DNA from: Auanema rhodensis | Taxonomy: Eukaryota > Animalia > Nematoda | Reading direction: 5' to 3' | DNA length: 64,000 nt | NCBI GenBank assembly: GCA_964057225.1 | Contig: OZ059895.1 | Coordinates: 19,530,001-19,594,000 of the forward strand | In this document: in pieces, positions 1 through 13,100 of the stretch | Numbering within the stretch: position 1 is the stretch's first letter | How the letters are laid out: every line of letters begins with the position of its first letter | The notes under the pieces: model-generated | Database searches by the model: none | Told to the model about the DNA's origin: nothing | Seen by the model: only the letters and a program-made list of their open reading frames with translations | Made by a program: the position numbers and the translations under genes

Positions 1-176
1 TTAACATGCACCAATATCAATAAAAATTTGTTTTTAGACTAATATGGACATGGGGAATCTAATTTTGAAAACCACATCTCTTTATCTTTCACGTGAAGCG
101 AGTTACATACCAAGTGCACATCACGTGTACATTGAATTAGCATAAATTAAAGTTCACGTAAATTTCAAAGTCATGG
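1..176 (+). repeat. Representative 176-bp monomer (56 G+C of 176, about 32% GC)
   Basis: Counted directly. Common polymorphic monomer positions are 4 (A/C), 35 (T/A), 53 and 55 (G/A), 74 (G/A), 83 (T/C), 110 (C/T), 132 (T/C) and 134 (T/G). Confidence 0.98.
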
Positions 177-3100
177 TTACCATGCACCAATATCAATAAA
201 AATTTGTTTTAAGACTAATATGGACATGAGAAATCTAATTTTGAAAACCGCATCTCTTCATCTTTCACGTGAAGCGAGTTACATACCAAGTGCACATCAC
301 GTGTACATTGAATTAGCATAAATTAAAGTTCACGTAAATTTCAAAGTCATGGTTACCATGCACCAATATCAATAAAAATTTGTTTTTAGACTAATATGGA
401 CATGGGGAATCTAATTTTGAAAACCGCATCTCTTTATCTTTCACGTGAAGCGAGTTACATACCAAGTGCACATCACGTGTACATTTAATTAGCATAAATT
501 AAAGTTCACGTAAATTTCAAAGTCATGGTTACCATGCACCAATATCAATAAAAATTTGTTTTAAGACTAATATGGACATGAGAAATCTAATTTTGAAAAC
601 CGCATCTCTTCATCTTTCATGTGAAGCGAGTTACATATCAAGTGCACATCACGTGTACACTTAATCAGCATAAATTAAAGTTCACGTAAATTTCAAAGTC
701 ATGGTTAACATGCACCAATATCAATAAAAATTTGTTTTTAGACTAATATGGACATGGGGAATCTAATTTTGAAAACCACATCTCTTTATCTTTCACGTGA
801 AGCGAGTTACATACCAAGTGCACATCACGTGTACATTGAATTAGCATAAATTAAAGTTCACGTAAATTTCAAAGTCATGGTTAACATGCACCAATATCAA
901 TAAAAATTCGTTTTTAGACTAATATGGACATGGGGAATCTATTTTTGAAAACCGCATCTCTTCATCTTTCACGTGAAGCAAGTTACATACCAAGTGCACA
1001 TCACGTGTACACTTAATTAGCATAAATTAAAGTTCACGTAAATTTCGAAGTCATGGTTAACATGCACCAATATCAATAAAAATTTGTTTTTAGACTAATA
1101 TGGACATGGGGAATCTAATTTTGAAAACCGCATCTCTTTATCTTTCACGTGAAGCGAGTTACATACCAAGTGCACATCACGTGTACATTTAATCAGCATA
1201 AATTAAAGTTCACGTAAATTTCAAAGTCATGGTTAACATGCACCAATATCAATAAAAATTTGTTTTTAGACTAATATGGACATGAGAAATCTAATTTTGA
1301 AAACCGCATCTCTTCATCTTTCATGTGAAGCGAGTTACATATCAAGTGCACATCACGTGTACATTGAATTAGCATAAATTAAAGTTCACGTAAATTTCAA
1401 AGTCATGGTTAACATGCACCAATATCAATAAAAATTTGTTTTTAGACTAATATGGACATGGGGAATCTATTTTTGAAAACCGCATCTCTTCATCTTTCAC
1501 GTGAAGCGAGTTACATACCAAGTGCACATCACGTGTACACTTAATTAGCATAAATTAAAGTTCACGTAAATTTCGAAGTCATGGTTAACATGCACCAATA
1601 TCAATAAAAATTTGTTTTTAGACTAATATGGACATGGGGAATCTAATTTTGAAAACCGCATCTCTTTATCTTTCACGTGAAGCGAGTTACATACCAAGTG
1701 CACATCACGTGTACATTTAATTAGCATAAATTAAAGTTCACGTAAATTTCGAAGTCATGGTTAACATGCACCAATATCAATAAAAATTTGTTTTTAGACT
1801 AATATGGACATGGGGAATCTAATTTTGAAAACCGCATCTCTTTATCTTTCACGTGAAGCGAGTTACATACCAAGTGCACATCACGTGTACATTTAATCAG
1901 CATAAATTAAAGTTCACGTAAATTTCAAAGTCATGGTTAACATGCACCAATATCAATAAAAATTTGTTTTTAGACTAATATGGACATGAGAAATCTAATT
2001 TTGAAAACCGCATCTCTTCATCTTTCATGTGAAGCGAGTTACATATCAAGTGCACATCACGTGTACATTGAATTAGCATAAATTAAAGTTCACGTAAATT
2101 TCAAAGTCATGGTTAACATGCACCAATATCAATAAAAATTTGTTTTTAGACTAATATGGACATGGGGAATCTATTTTTGAAAACCGCATCTCTTCATCTT
2201 TCACGTGAAGCGAGTTACATACCAAGTGCACATCACGTGTACACTTAATTAGCATAAATTAAAGTTCACGTAAATTTCGAAGTCATGGTTAACATGCACC
2301 AATATCAATAAAAATTTGTTTTTAGACTAATATGGACATGGGGAATCTAATTTTGAAAACCGCATCTCTTTATCTTTCACGTGAAGCGAGTTACATACCA
2401 AGTGCACATCACGTGTACATTTAATTAGCATAAATTAAAGTTCACGTAAATTTCAAAGTCATGGTTACCATGCACCAATATCAATAAAAATTTATTTTAA
2501 GACTAATATGGACATGAGAAATCTAATTTTGAAAACCGCATCTCTTCATCTTTCACGTGAAGCGAGTTACATACCAAGTGCACATCACGTGTACACTTAA
2601 TTAGCATAAATTAAAGTTCACGTAAATTTCAAAGTCATGGTTACCATGCACCAATATCAATAAAAATTTGTTTTAAGACTAATATGGACATGAGAAATCT
2701 AATTTTGAAAACCGCATCTCTTTATCTTTCACGTGAAGCGAGTTACATACCAAGTGCACATCACGTGTACACTTAATTAGCATAAATTAAAGTTCACGTA
2801 AATTTCAAAGTCATGGTTACCATGCACCAATATCAATAAAAATTTGTTTTTAGACTAATATGGACATGGGGAATCTAATTTTGAAAACCACATCTCTTTA
2901 TCTTTCACGTGAAGCGAGTTACATACCAAGTGCACATCACGTGTACATTGAATTAGCATAAATTAAAGTTCACGTAAATTTCAAAGTCATGGTTACCATG
3001 CACCAATATCAATAAAAATTTGTTTTAAGACTAATATGGACATGAGAAATCTAATTTTGAAAACCGCATCTCTTCATCTTTCACGTGAAGCGAGTTACAT

Positions 3101-4573
3101 ACCAAGTGCACATCACGTGTACATTGAATTAGCATAAATTAAAGTTCACGTAAATTTCAAAGTCATGGTTACCATGCACCAATATCAATAAAAATTTGTT
3201 TTTAGACTAATATGGACATGGGGAATCTAATTTTGAAAACCGCATCTCTTTATCTTTCACGTGAAGCGAGTTACATACCAAGTGCACATCACGTGTACAT
3301 TTAATTAGCATAAATTAAAGTTTACGTAAATTTCAAAGTCATGGTTACCATGCACCAATATCAATAAAAATTTGTTTTAAGACTAATATGGACATGAGAA
3401 ATCTAATTTTGAAAACCGCATCTCTTCATCTTTCATGTGAAGCGAGTTACATATCAAGTGCACATCACGTGTACATTGAATTAGCATAAATTAAAGTTCA
3501 CGTAAATTTCAAAGTCATGGTTAACATGCACCAATATCAATAAAAATTTGTTTTTAGACTAATATGGACATGGGGAATCTATTTTTGAAAACCGCATCTC
3601 TTCATCTTTCACGTGAAGCGAGTTACATACCAAGTGCACATCACGTGTACACTTAATTAGCATAAATTAAAGTTCACGTAAATTTCGAAGTCATGGTTAA
3701 CATGCACCAATATCAATAAAAATTTGTTTTTAGACTAATATGGACATGGGGAATCTAATTTTGAAAACCGCATCTCTTTATCTTTCACGTGAAGCGAGTT
3801 ACATACCAAGTGCACATCACGTGTACATTTAATTAGCATAAATTAAAGTTCACGTAAATTTCAAAGTCATGGTTACCATGCACCAATATCAATAAAAATT
3901 TGTTTTAAGACTAATATGGACATGAGAAATCTAATTTTGAAAACCGCATCTCTTCATCTTTCACGTGAAGCGAGTTACATACCAAGTGCACATCACGTGT
4001 ACACTTAATTAGCATAAATTAAAGTTCACGTAAATTTCAAAGTCATGGTTACCATGCACCAATATCGATAAAAATTTGTTTTAAGACTAATATGGACATG
4101 AGAAATCTAATTTTGAAAACCGCATCTCTTTATCTTTCACGTGAAGCGAGTTACATACCAAGTGCACATCACGTGTACATTGAATTAGCATAAATTAAAG
4201 TTCACGTAAATTTCAAAGTCATGGTTACCATGCACCAATATCAATAAAAATTTGTTTTTAGACTAATATGGACATGGGGAATCTAATTTTGAAAACCGCA
4301 TCTCTTTATCTTTCACGTGAAGCGAGTTACATACCAAGTGCACATCACGTGTACATTTAATTAGCATAAATTAAAGTTTACGTAAATTTCAAAGTCATGG
4401 TTACCATGCACCAATATCAATAAAAATTTGTTTTAAGACTAATATGGACATGAGAAATCTAATTTTGAAAACCGCATCTCTTCATCTTTCATGTGAAGCG
4501 AGTTACATATCAAGTGCACATCACGTGTACATTTAATTAACATAAATTAAAGTTCACGTAAATTTCAAAGTCG

Positions 4574-7167
4574 TGGTTAACATGCACCAATATCAATAAA
4601 AATTTGTTTTAAGACTAATATGGACATGGGGAATCTAATTTTGAAAACTGCATCTCTTTATCTTTCACGTGAAGCGAGTTACATACCAAGTGCACATCAC
4701 GTGTACACTTAATTAGCATAAATTAAAGTTCACGTAAATTTCAAAGTCATGGTTACCATGCACCAATATCAATAAAAATTTGTTTTTAGACTAATATGGA
4801 CATGGGGAATCTAATTTTGAAAACCACATCTCTTTATCTTTCACGTGAAGCGAGTTACATACCAAGTGCACATCACGTGTACATTTAATTAGCATAAATT
4901 AAAGTTCACGTAAATTTCAAAGTCGTGGTTAACATGCACCAATATCAATAAAAATTTGTTTTTAGACTAATATGGACATGGGAATCTAATTTTGAAAACC
5001 ACATCTCTTTATCTTTCACGTGAAGCGAGTTACATACCAAGTGCACATCACGTGTACACTTAATTAGCATAAATTAAAGTTCACGTAAATTTCAAAGTCA
5101 TGGTTAACATGCACCAATATCAATAAAAATTTGTTTTTAGACTAATATGGACATGGGGAATCTAATTTTGAAAACCACATCTCTTTATCTTTCACGTGAA
5201 GCGAGTTACATACCAAGTGCACATCACGTGTACATTTAATTAGCATAAATTAAAGTTCACGTAAATTTCAAAGTCATGGTTAACATGCACCAATATCAAT
5301 GAAAATTTGTTTTTAGACTAATATGGACATGGGGAATCTAATTTTGAAAACCGCATCTCTTTATCTTTCACGTGAAGCGAGTTACATACCAAGTGCACAT
5401 CACGTGTACATTTAATTAGCATAAATTAAAGTTCACGTAAATTTCAAAGTCGTGGTTAACATGCACCAATATCAATAAAAATTTGTTTTTAGACTAATAT
5501 GGACATGGGAATCTGATTTTGAAAACCAAATCTCTTTATCTTTCACGTGAAGCGAGTTACATACCAAGTGCACATCACGTGTACATTTAATTAGCATAAA
5601 TTAAAGTTCACGTAAATTTCAAAGTCATGGTTACCATGCACCAAGATCAAAAAAAATTTGTTTTAAGACTAATATAGACATGAGAAATCTAATTTTGAAA
5701 ACCGCATCTCTTCATCTTTCACGTGAAGCGAGTTACATATCAAGTGCACATCACGTGTACACTTAATTAGCATAAATTAAAGTTCACGTAAATTTCAAAG
5801 TCATGGTTAACATGCACCAATATCAATAAAAATTTGTTTTAAGACTAATATGGACATGGGGAATCTAATTTTGAAAACTGCATCTCTTTATCTTTCACGT
5901 GAAGCGAGTTACATACCAAGTGCACATCACGTGTACACTTAATTAGCATAAATTAAAGTTCACGTAAATTTCAAAGTCATGGTTACCATGCACCAATATC
6001 AATAAAAATTTGTTTTTAGACTAATATGGACATGGGGAATCTAATTTTGAAAACCACATCTCTTTATCTTTCACGTGAAGCGAGTTACATACCAAGTGCA
6101 CATCACGTGTACATTTAATTAGCATAAATTAAAGTTCACGTAAATTTCAAAGTCGTGGTTAACATGCACCAATATCAATAAAAATTTGTTTTTAGACTAA
6201 TATGGACATGGGAATCTAATTTTGAAAACCACATCTCTTTATCTTTCACGTGAAGCGAGTTACATACCAAGTGCACATCACGTGTACACTTAATTAGCAT
6301 AAATTAAAGTTCACGTAAATTTCAAAGTCATGGTTAACATGCACCAATATCAATAAAAATTTGTTTTTAGACTAATATGGACATGGGGAATCTAATTTTG
6401 AAAACCACATCTCTTTATCTTTCACGTGAAGCGAGTTACATACCAAGTGCACATCACGTGTACATTTAATTAGCATAAATTAAAGTTCACGTAAATTTCA
6501 AAGTCATGGTTAACATGCACCAATATCAATGAAAATTTGTTTTTAGACTAATATGGACATGGGGAATCTAATTTTGAAAACCGCATCTCTTTATCTTTCA
6601 CGTGAAGCGAGTTACATACCAAGTGCACATCACGTGTACATTTAATTAGCATAAATTAAAGTTCACGTAAATTTCAAAGTCGTGGTTAACATGCACCAAT
6701 ATCAATAAAAATTTGTTTTTAGACTAATATGGACATGGGAATCTGATTTTGAAAACCAAATCTCTTTATCTTTCACGTGAAGCGAGTTACATACCAAGTG
6801 CACATCACGTGTACATTTAATTAGCATAAATTAAAGTTCACGTAAATTTCAAAGTCATGGTTACCATGCACCAAGATCAAAAAAAATTTGTTTTAAGACT
6901 AATATAGACATGAGAAATCTAATTTTGAAAACCGCATCTCTTCATCTTTCACGTGAAGCGAGTTACATACCAAGTGCACATCACGTGTACACTTAATTAG
7001 CATAAATTAAAGTTCACGTAAATTTCAAAGTCATGGTTAACATGCACCAATATCAATAAAAATTTGTTTTAAGACTAATATGGACATGGGGAATCTAATT
7101 TTGAAAACTGCATCTCTTTATCTTTCACGTGAAGCGAGTTACATACCAAGTGCACATCACGTGTACA
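4574..7167 (+). repeat. 7-mer higher-order repeat, period 1,230 bp, about 2 copies
   Basis: CAATGAAAA at 5301/6531, AAACTGC near 4649/5879/7109, and CTGATTTTGAAAACCAAA near 5514/6744. 7x176-2=1230. Confidence 0.9.
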
Positions 7168-10100
7168 TTTAATTAGCATAAATTAAAGTTCACGTAAATT
7201 TCAAAGTCATGGTTAACATGCACCAATATCAATAAAAATTTTTTTTAGACTAATATGGACATGGGGAATCTAATTTTGAAAACCGCATCTCTTTATCTTT
7301 CACGTGAAGCGAGTTACATACCAAGTGCACATCACGTGTACACTTAATTAGCATAAATTAAAGTTCACGTAAATTTCAAAGTCATGGTTACCATGCACCA
7401 ATATCAATAAAAATTTTTAGATTAATATGGACATGGGGAATCTAATTTTGAAAACCACATCTCTTTATCTTTCACGTGAAGCGAGTTACATACCAAGTGC
7501 ACATCACGTGTACATTGAATTAGCATAAATTAAAGTTCACGTAAATTTCAAAGTCATGGTTACCATGCACCAATATCAATAAAAATTTGTTTTTAGACTA
7601 ATATGGACATGGGGAATCTAATTTTGAAAACCACATCTCTTTATCTTTCACGTGACGCGAGTTACATATCAAGTGCACATCACGTGTACACTTAATTAGC
7701 ATAAATTAAAGTTCACGTAAATTTCAAAGTCGTGGTTAACATGCACCAATATCAATAAAAATTTTTTTTAGACTAATATGGACATGGGGAATCTAATTTT
7801 GAAAACCGCATCTCTTTATCTTTCACGTGAAGCGAGTTACATACCAAGTGCACATCACGTGTACACTTAATTAGCATAAATTAAAGTTCACGTAAATTTC
7901 AAAGTCATGGTTACCATGCACCAATATCAATAAAAATTTTTAGATTAATATGGACATGGGGAATCTAATTTTGAAAACCACATCTCTTTATCTTTCACGT
8001 GAAGCGAGTTACATACCAAGTGCACATCACGTGTACATTGAATTAGCATAAATTAAAGTTCACGTAAATTTCAAAGTCATGGTTACCATGCACCAATATC
8101 AATAAAAATTTGTTTTTAGACTAATATGGACATGGGGAATCTAATTTTGAAAACCACATCTCTTTATCTTTCACGTGAAGCGAGTTACATATCAAGTGCA
8201 CATCACGTGTACACTTAATTAGCATAAATTAAAGTTCACGTAAATTTCAAAGTCATGGTTAACATGCACCAATATCAATAAAAATTTGTTTTAAGACTAA
8301 TATGGACATGAGAAATCTAATTTTGAAAACCGCATCTCTTTATCTTTCACGTGAAGCGAGTTACATATCAAGTGCACATCACGTGTACACTTAATTAGCA
8401 TAAATTAAAGTTCACGTAAATTTCAAAGTCATGGTTAACATGCACCAATATCAATAAAAATTTGTTTTAACACTAATGTGGACATGGGGAATCTAATTTT
8501 GAAAACTGCATCTCTTTATCTTTCACGTGAAGCGAGTTACATACCAAGAGCACATCACGTGTACACTTAATTAGCATAAATTAAAGTTCACGTAAATTTC
8601 AAAGTCATGGTTACCATGCACCAATATCAATAAAAATTTGTTTTTAGACTAATATGGACATGGGGAATCTAATTTTGAAAACCACATCTCTTTATCTTTC
8701 ACGTGAAGCGAGTTACATACCAAGTGCACATCACGTGTACATTTAATTAGCATAAATTAAAGTTCACGTAAATTTCAAAGTCGTGGTTAACATGCACCAA
8801 TATCAATAAAAATTTGTTTTTAGACTAATATGGACATGGGAATCTAATTTTGAAAACCACATCTCTTTATCTTTCACGTGAAGCGAGTTACATACCAAGT
8901 GCACATCACGTGTACACTTAATTAGCATAAATTAAAGTTCACGTAAATTTCAAAGTCGTGGTTAACATGCACCAATATCAATAAAAATTTTTAGATTAAT
9001 ATGGACATGGGGAATCTAATTTTGAAAACCACATCTCTTTATCTTTCACGTGAAGCGAGTTACATACCAAGTGCACATCACGTGTACATTGAATTAGCAT
9101 AAATTAAAGTTCACGTAAATTTCAAAGTCATGGTTACCATGCACCAATATCAATAAAAATTTGTTTTTAGACTAATATGGACATGGGGAATCTAATTTTG
9201 AAAACCACATCTCTTTATCTTTCACGTGAAGCGAGTTACATATCAAGTGCACATCACGTGTACACTTAATTAGCATAAATTAAAGTTCACGTAAATTTCA
9301 AAGTCGTGGTTAACATGCACCAATATCAATAAAAATTTTTTTTAGACTAATATGGACATGGGGAATCTAATTTTGAAAACCGCATCTCTTTATCTTTCAC
9401 GTGAAGCGAGTTACATACCAAGTGCACATCACGTGTACACTTAATTAGCATAAATTAAAGTTCACGTAAATTTCAAAGTCATGGTTACCATGCACCAATA
9501 TCAATAAAAATTTTTAGATTAATATGGACATGGGGAATCTAATTTTGAAAACCACATCTCTTTATCTTTCACGTGAAGCGAGTTACATACCAAGTGCACA
9601 TCACGTGTACATTGAATTAGCATAAATTAAAGTTCACGTAAATTTCAAAGTCATGGTTACCATGCACCAATATCAATAAAAATTTGTTTTTAGACTAATA
9701 TGGACATGGGGAATCTAATTTTGAAAACCACATCTCTTTATCTTTCACGTGAAGCGAGTTACATATCAAGTGCACATCACGTGTACACTTAATTAGCATA
9801 AATTAAAGTTCACGTAAATTTCAAAGTCATGGTTAACATGCACCAATATCAATAAAAATTTGTTTTAAGACTAATATGGACATGAGAAATCTAATTTTGA
9901 AAACCGCATCTCTTTATCTTTCACGTGAAGCGAGTTACATATCAAGTGCACATCACGTGTACACTTAATTAGCATAAATTAAAGTTCACGTAAATTTCAA
10001 AGTCATGGTTAACATGCACCAATATCAATAAAAATTTGTTTTAACACTAATGTGGACATGGGGAATCTAATTTTGAAAACTGCATCTCTTTATCTTTCAC

Positions 10101-13100
10101 GTGAAGCGAGTTACATACCAAGAGCACATCACGTGTACACTTAATTAGCATAAATTAAAGTTCACGTAAATTTCAAAGTCATGGTTACCATGCACCAATA
10201 TCAATAAAAATTTGTTTTTAGACTAATATGGACATGGGGAATCTAATTTTGAAAACCACATCTCTTTATCTTTCACGTGAAGCGAGTTACATACCAAGTG
10301 CACATCACGTGTACATTTAATTAGCATAAATTAAAGTTCACGTAAATTTCAAAGTCGTGGTTAACATGCACCAATATCAATAAAAATTTGTTTTTAGACT
10401 AATATGGACATGGGAATCTAATTTTGAAAACCACATCTCTTTATCTTTCACGTGAAGCGAGTTACATACCAAGTGCACATCACGTGTACATTTAATTAGC
10501 ATAAATTAAAGTTCACGTAAATTTCAAAGTCATGGTTACCATGCACCAATATCAAAAAAAATTTGTTTTAAGACTAATATGGACATGAGAAATCTAATTT
10601 TGAAAACCGCATCTCTTCATCTTTCACGTGAAGCGAGTTACATATCAAGTGCACATCACGTGTACACTTAATTAGCATAAATTAAAGTTCACGTAAATTT
10701 CAAAGTCATGGTTAACATGCACCAATATTAATAAAAATTTGTTTTAAGACTAATATGGACATGGGGAATCTAATTTTGAAAACTGCATCTCTTTATCTTT
10801 CACGTGAAGCGAGTTACATACCAAGTGCACATCACGTGTACACTTAATTAGCATAAATTAAAGTTCACGTAAATTTCAAAGTCATGGTTACCATGCACCA
10901 ATATCAATAAAAATTTTTAGATTAATATGGACATGGGGAATCTAATTTTGAAAACCACATCTCTTTATCTTTCACGTGAAGCGAGTTACATACCAAGTGC
11001 ACATCACGTGTACATTGAATTAGCATAAATTAAAGTTCACGTAAATTTCAAAGTCATGGTTACCATGCACCAATATCAATAAAAATTTGTTTTTAGACTA
11101 ATATGGACATGGGGAATCTAATTTTGAAAACCACATCTCTTTATCTTTCACGTGAAGCGAGTTACATATCAAGTGCACATCACGTGTACACTTAATTAGC
11201 ATAAATTAAAGTTCACGTAAATTTCAAAGTCATGGTTAACATGCACCAATATCAATAAAAATTTGTTTTAAGACTAATATGGACATGAGAAATCTAATTT
11301 TGAAAACCGCATCTCTTTATCTTTCACGTGAAGCGAGTTACATATCAAGTGCACATCACGTGTACACTTAATTAGCATAAATTAAAGTTCACGTAAATTT
11401 CAAAGTCATGGTTAACATGCACCAATATCAATAAAAATTTGTTTTAACACTAATGTGGACATGGGGAATCTAATTTTGAAAACTGCATCTCTTTATCTTT
11501 CACGTGAAGTGAGTTACATACCAAGAGCACATCACGTGTACACTTAATTAGCATAAATTAAAGTTCACGTAAATTTCAAAGTCATGGTTACCATGCACCA
11601 ATATCAATAAAAATTTGTTTTTAGACTAATATGGACATGGGGAATCTAATTTTGAAAACCACATCTCTTTATCTTTCACGTGAAGCGAGTTACATACCAA
11701 GTGCACATCACGTGTACATTTAATTAGCATAAATTAAAGTTCACGTAAATTTCAAAGTCGTGGTTAACATGCACCAATATCAATAAAAATTTGTTTTTAG
11801 ACTAATATGGACATGGGAATCTAATTTTGAAAACCACATCTCTTTATCTTTCACGTGAAGCGAGTTACATACCAAGTGCACATCACGTGTACATTTAATT
11901 AGCATAAATTAAAGTTCACGTAAATTTCAAAGTCATGGTTACCATGCACCAATATCAAAAAAAATTTGTTTTAAGACTAATATGGACATGAGAAATCTAA
12001 TTTTGAAAACCGCATCTCTTCATCTTTCACGTGAAGCGAGTTACATATCAAGTGCACATCACGTGTACACTTAATTAGCATAAATTAAAGTTCACGTAAA
12101 TTTCAAAGTCATGGTTAACATGCACCAATATTAATAAAAATTTGTTTTAAGACTAATATGGACATGGGGAATCTAATTTTGAAAACTGCATCTCTTTATC
12201 TTTCACGTGAAGCGAGTTACATACCAAGTGCACATCACGTGTACATTTAATTAGCATAAATTAAAGTTCACGTAAATTTCAAAGTCATGGTTAACATGCA
12301 CCAATATCAATAAAAAATTTTTTTAGACTAATATGGACATGGGGAATCTAATTTTGAAAACCACATCTCTTCATCTTTCACGTGAAGCGAGTTACATACC
12401 AAGTGCACATCACGTGTACATTGAATTAGCATAAATTAAAGTTCACGTAAATTTCAAAGTCATGGTTACCATGCACCAATATCAATAAAAATTTGTTTTT
12501 AGACTAATATGGACATGGGGAATCTAATTTTGAAAACCGCATCTCTTTATCTTTCACGTGAAGCGAGTTACATACCAAGTGCACATCACGTGTACATTTA
12601 ATTAGCATAAATTAAAGTTCACGTAAATTTCAAAGTCGTGGTTAACATGCACCAATATCAATAAAAATTTGTTTTTAGACTAATATGGACATGGGAATCT
12701 GATTTTGAAAACCAAATCTCTTTATCTTTCACGTGAAGCGAGTTACATACCAAGTGCACATCACGTGTACATTTAATTAGCATAAATTAAAGTTCACGTA
12801 AATTTCAAAGTCATGGTTACCATGCACCAAGATCAAAAAAAATTTGTTTTAAGACTAATATAGACATGAGAAATCTAATTTTGAAAACCGCATCTCTTCA
12901 TCTTTCACGTGAAGCGAGTTACATATCAAGTGCACATCACGTGTACACTTAATTAGCATAAATTAAAGTTCACGTAAATTTCAAAGTCATGGTTAACATG
13001 CACCAATATCAATAAAAATTTGTTTTAAGACTAATATGGACATGGGGAATCTAATTTTGAAAACTGCATCTCTTTATCTTTCACGTGAAGCGAGTTACAT

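Noticed and set aside
20-170. Phased A-tracts producing intrinsic curvature
   Set aside because: A/T tracts are present, but I could not see a regular ~10.5-bp phasing by eye. A curvature calculation would be needed.
1-176. Assignment to known ~176-bp satellites (Brassica CentBr, honeybee AluI, Arabidopsis CEN178)
   Set aside because: The monomer has no AAGCTT or AGCT site. Only a short AGACTAATATGGAC stretch resembles CEN178 as I recall it, which is too little to claim homology without a search.
1-176. CENP-B box
   Set aside because: No TTCG-N4-A-N2-CGGG pattern on either strand. TTCG arises only in minor alleles and lacks the CGGG half.
1-176. 5S rDNA, tRNA, snRNA or telomeric tandem unit
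   Set aside because: No recognisable RNA gene sequence or telomeric motif is present.
1-176. 4 x 44-bp internal subrepeat (ACATG at 4/48, CACATC at 73/117)
   Set aside because: Ungapped identity between the adjacent 44-mers I compared is only about 40%, which is not convincing for AT-rich DNA.
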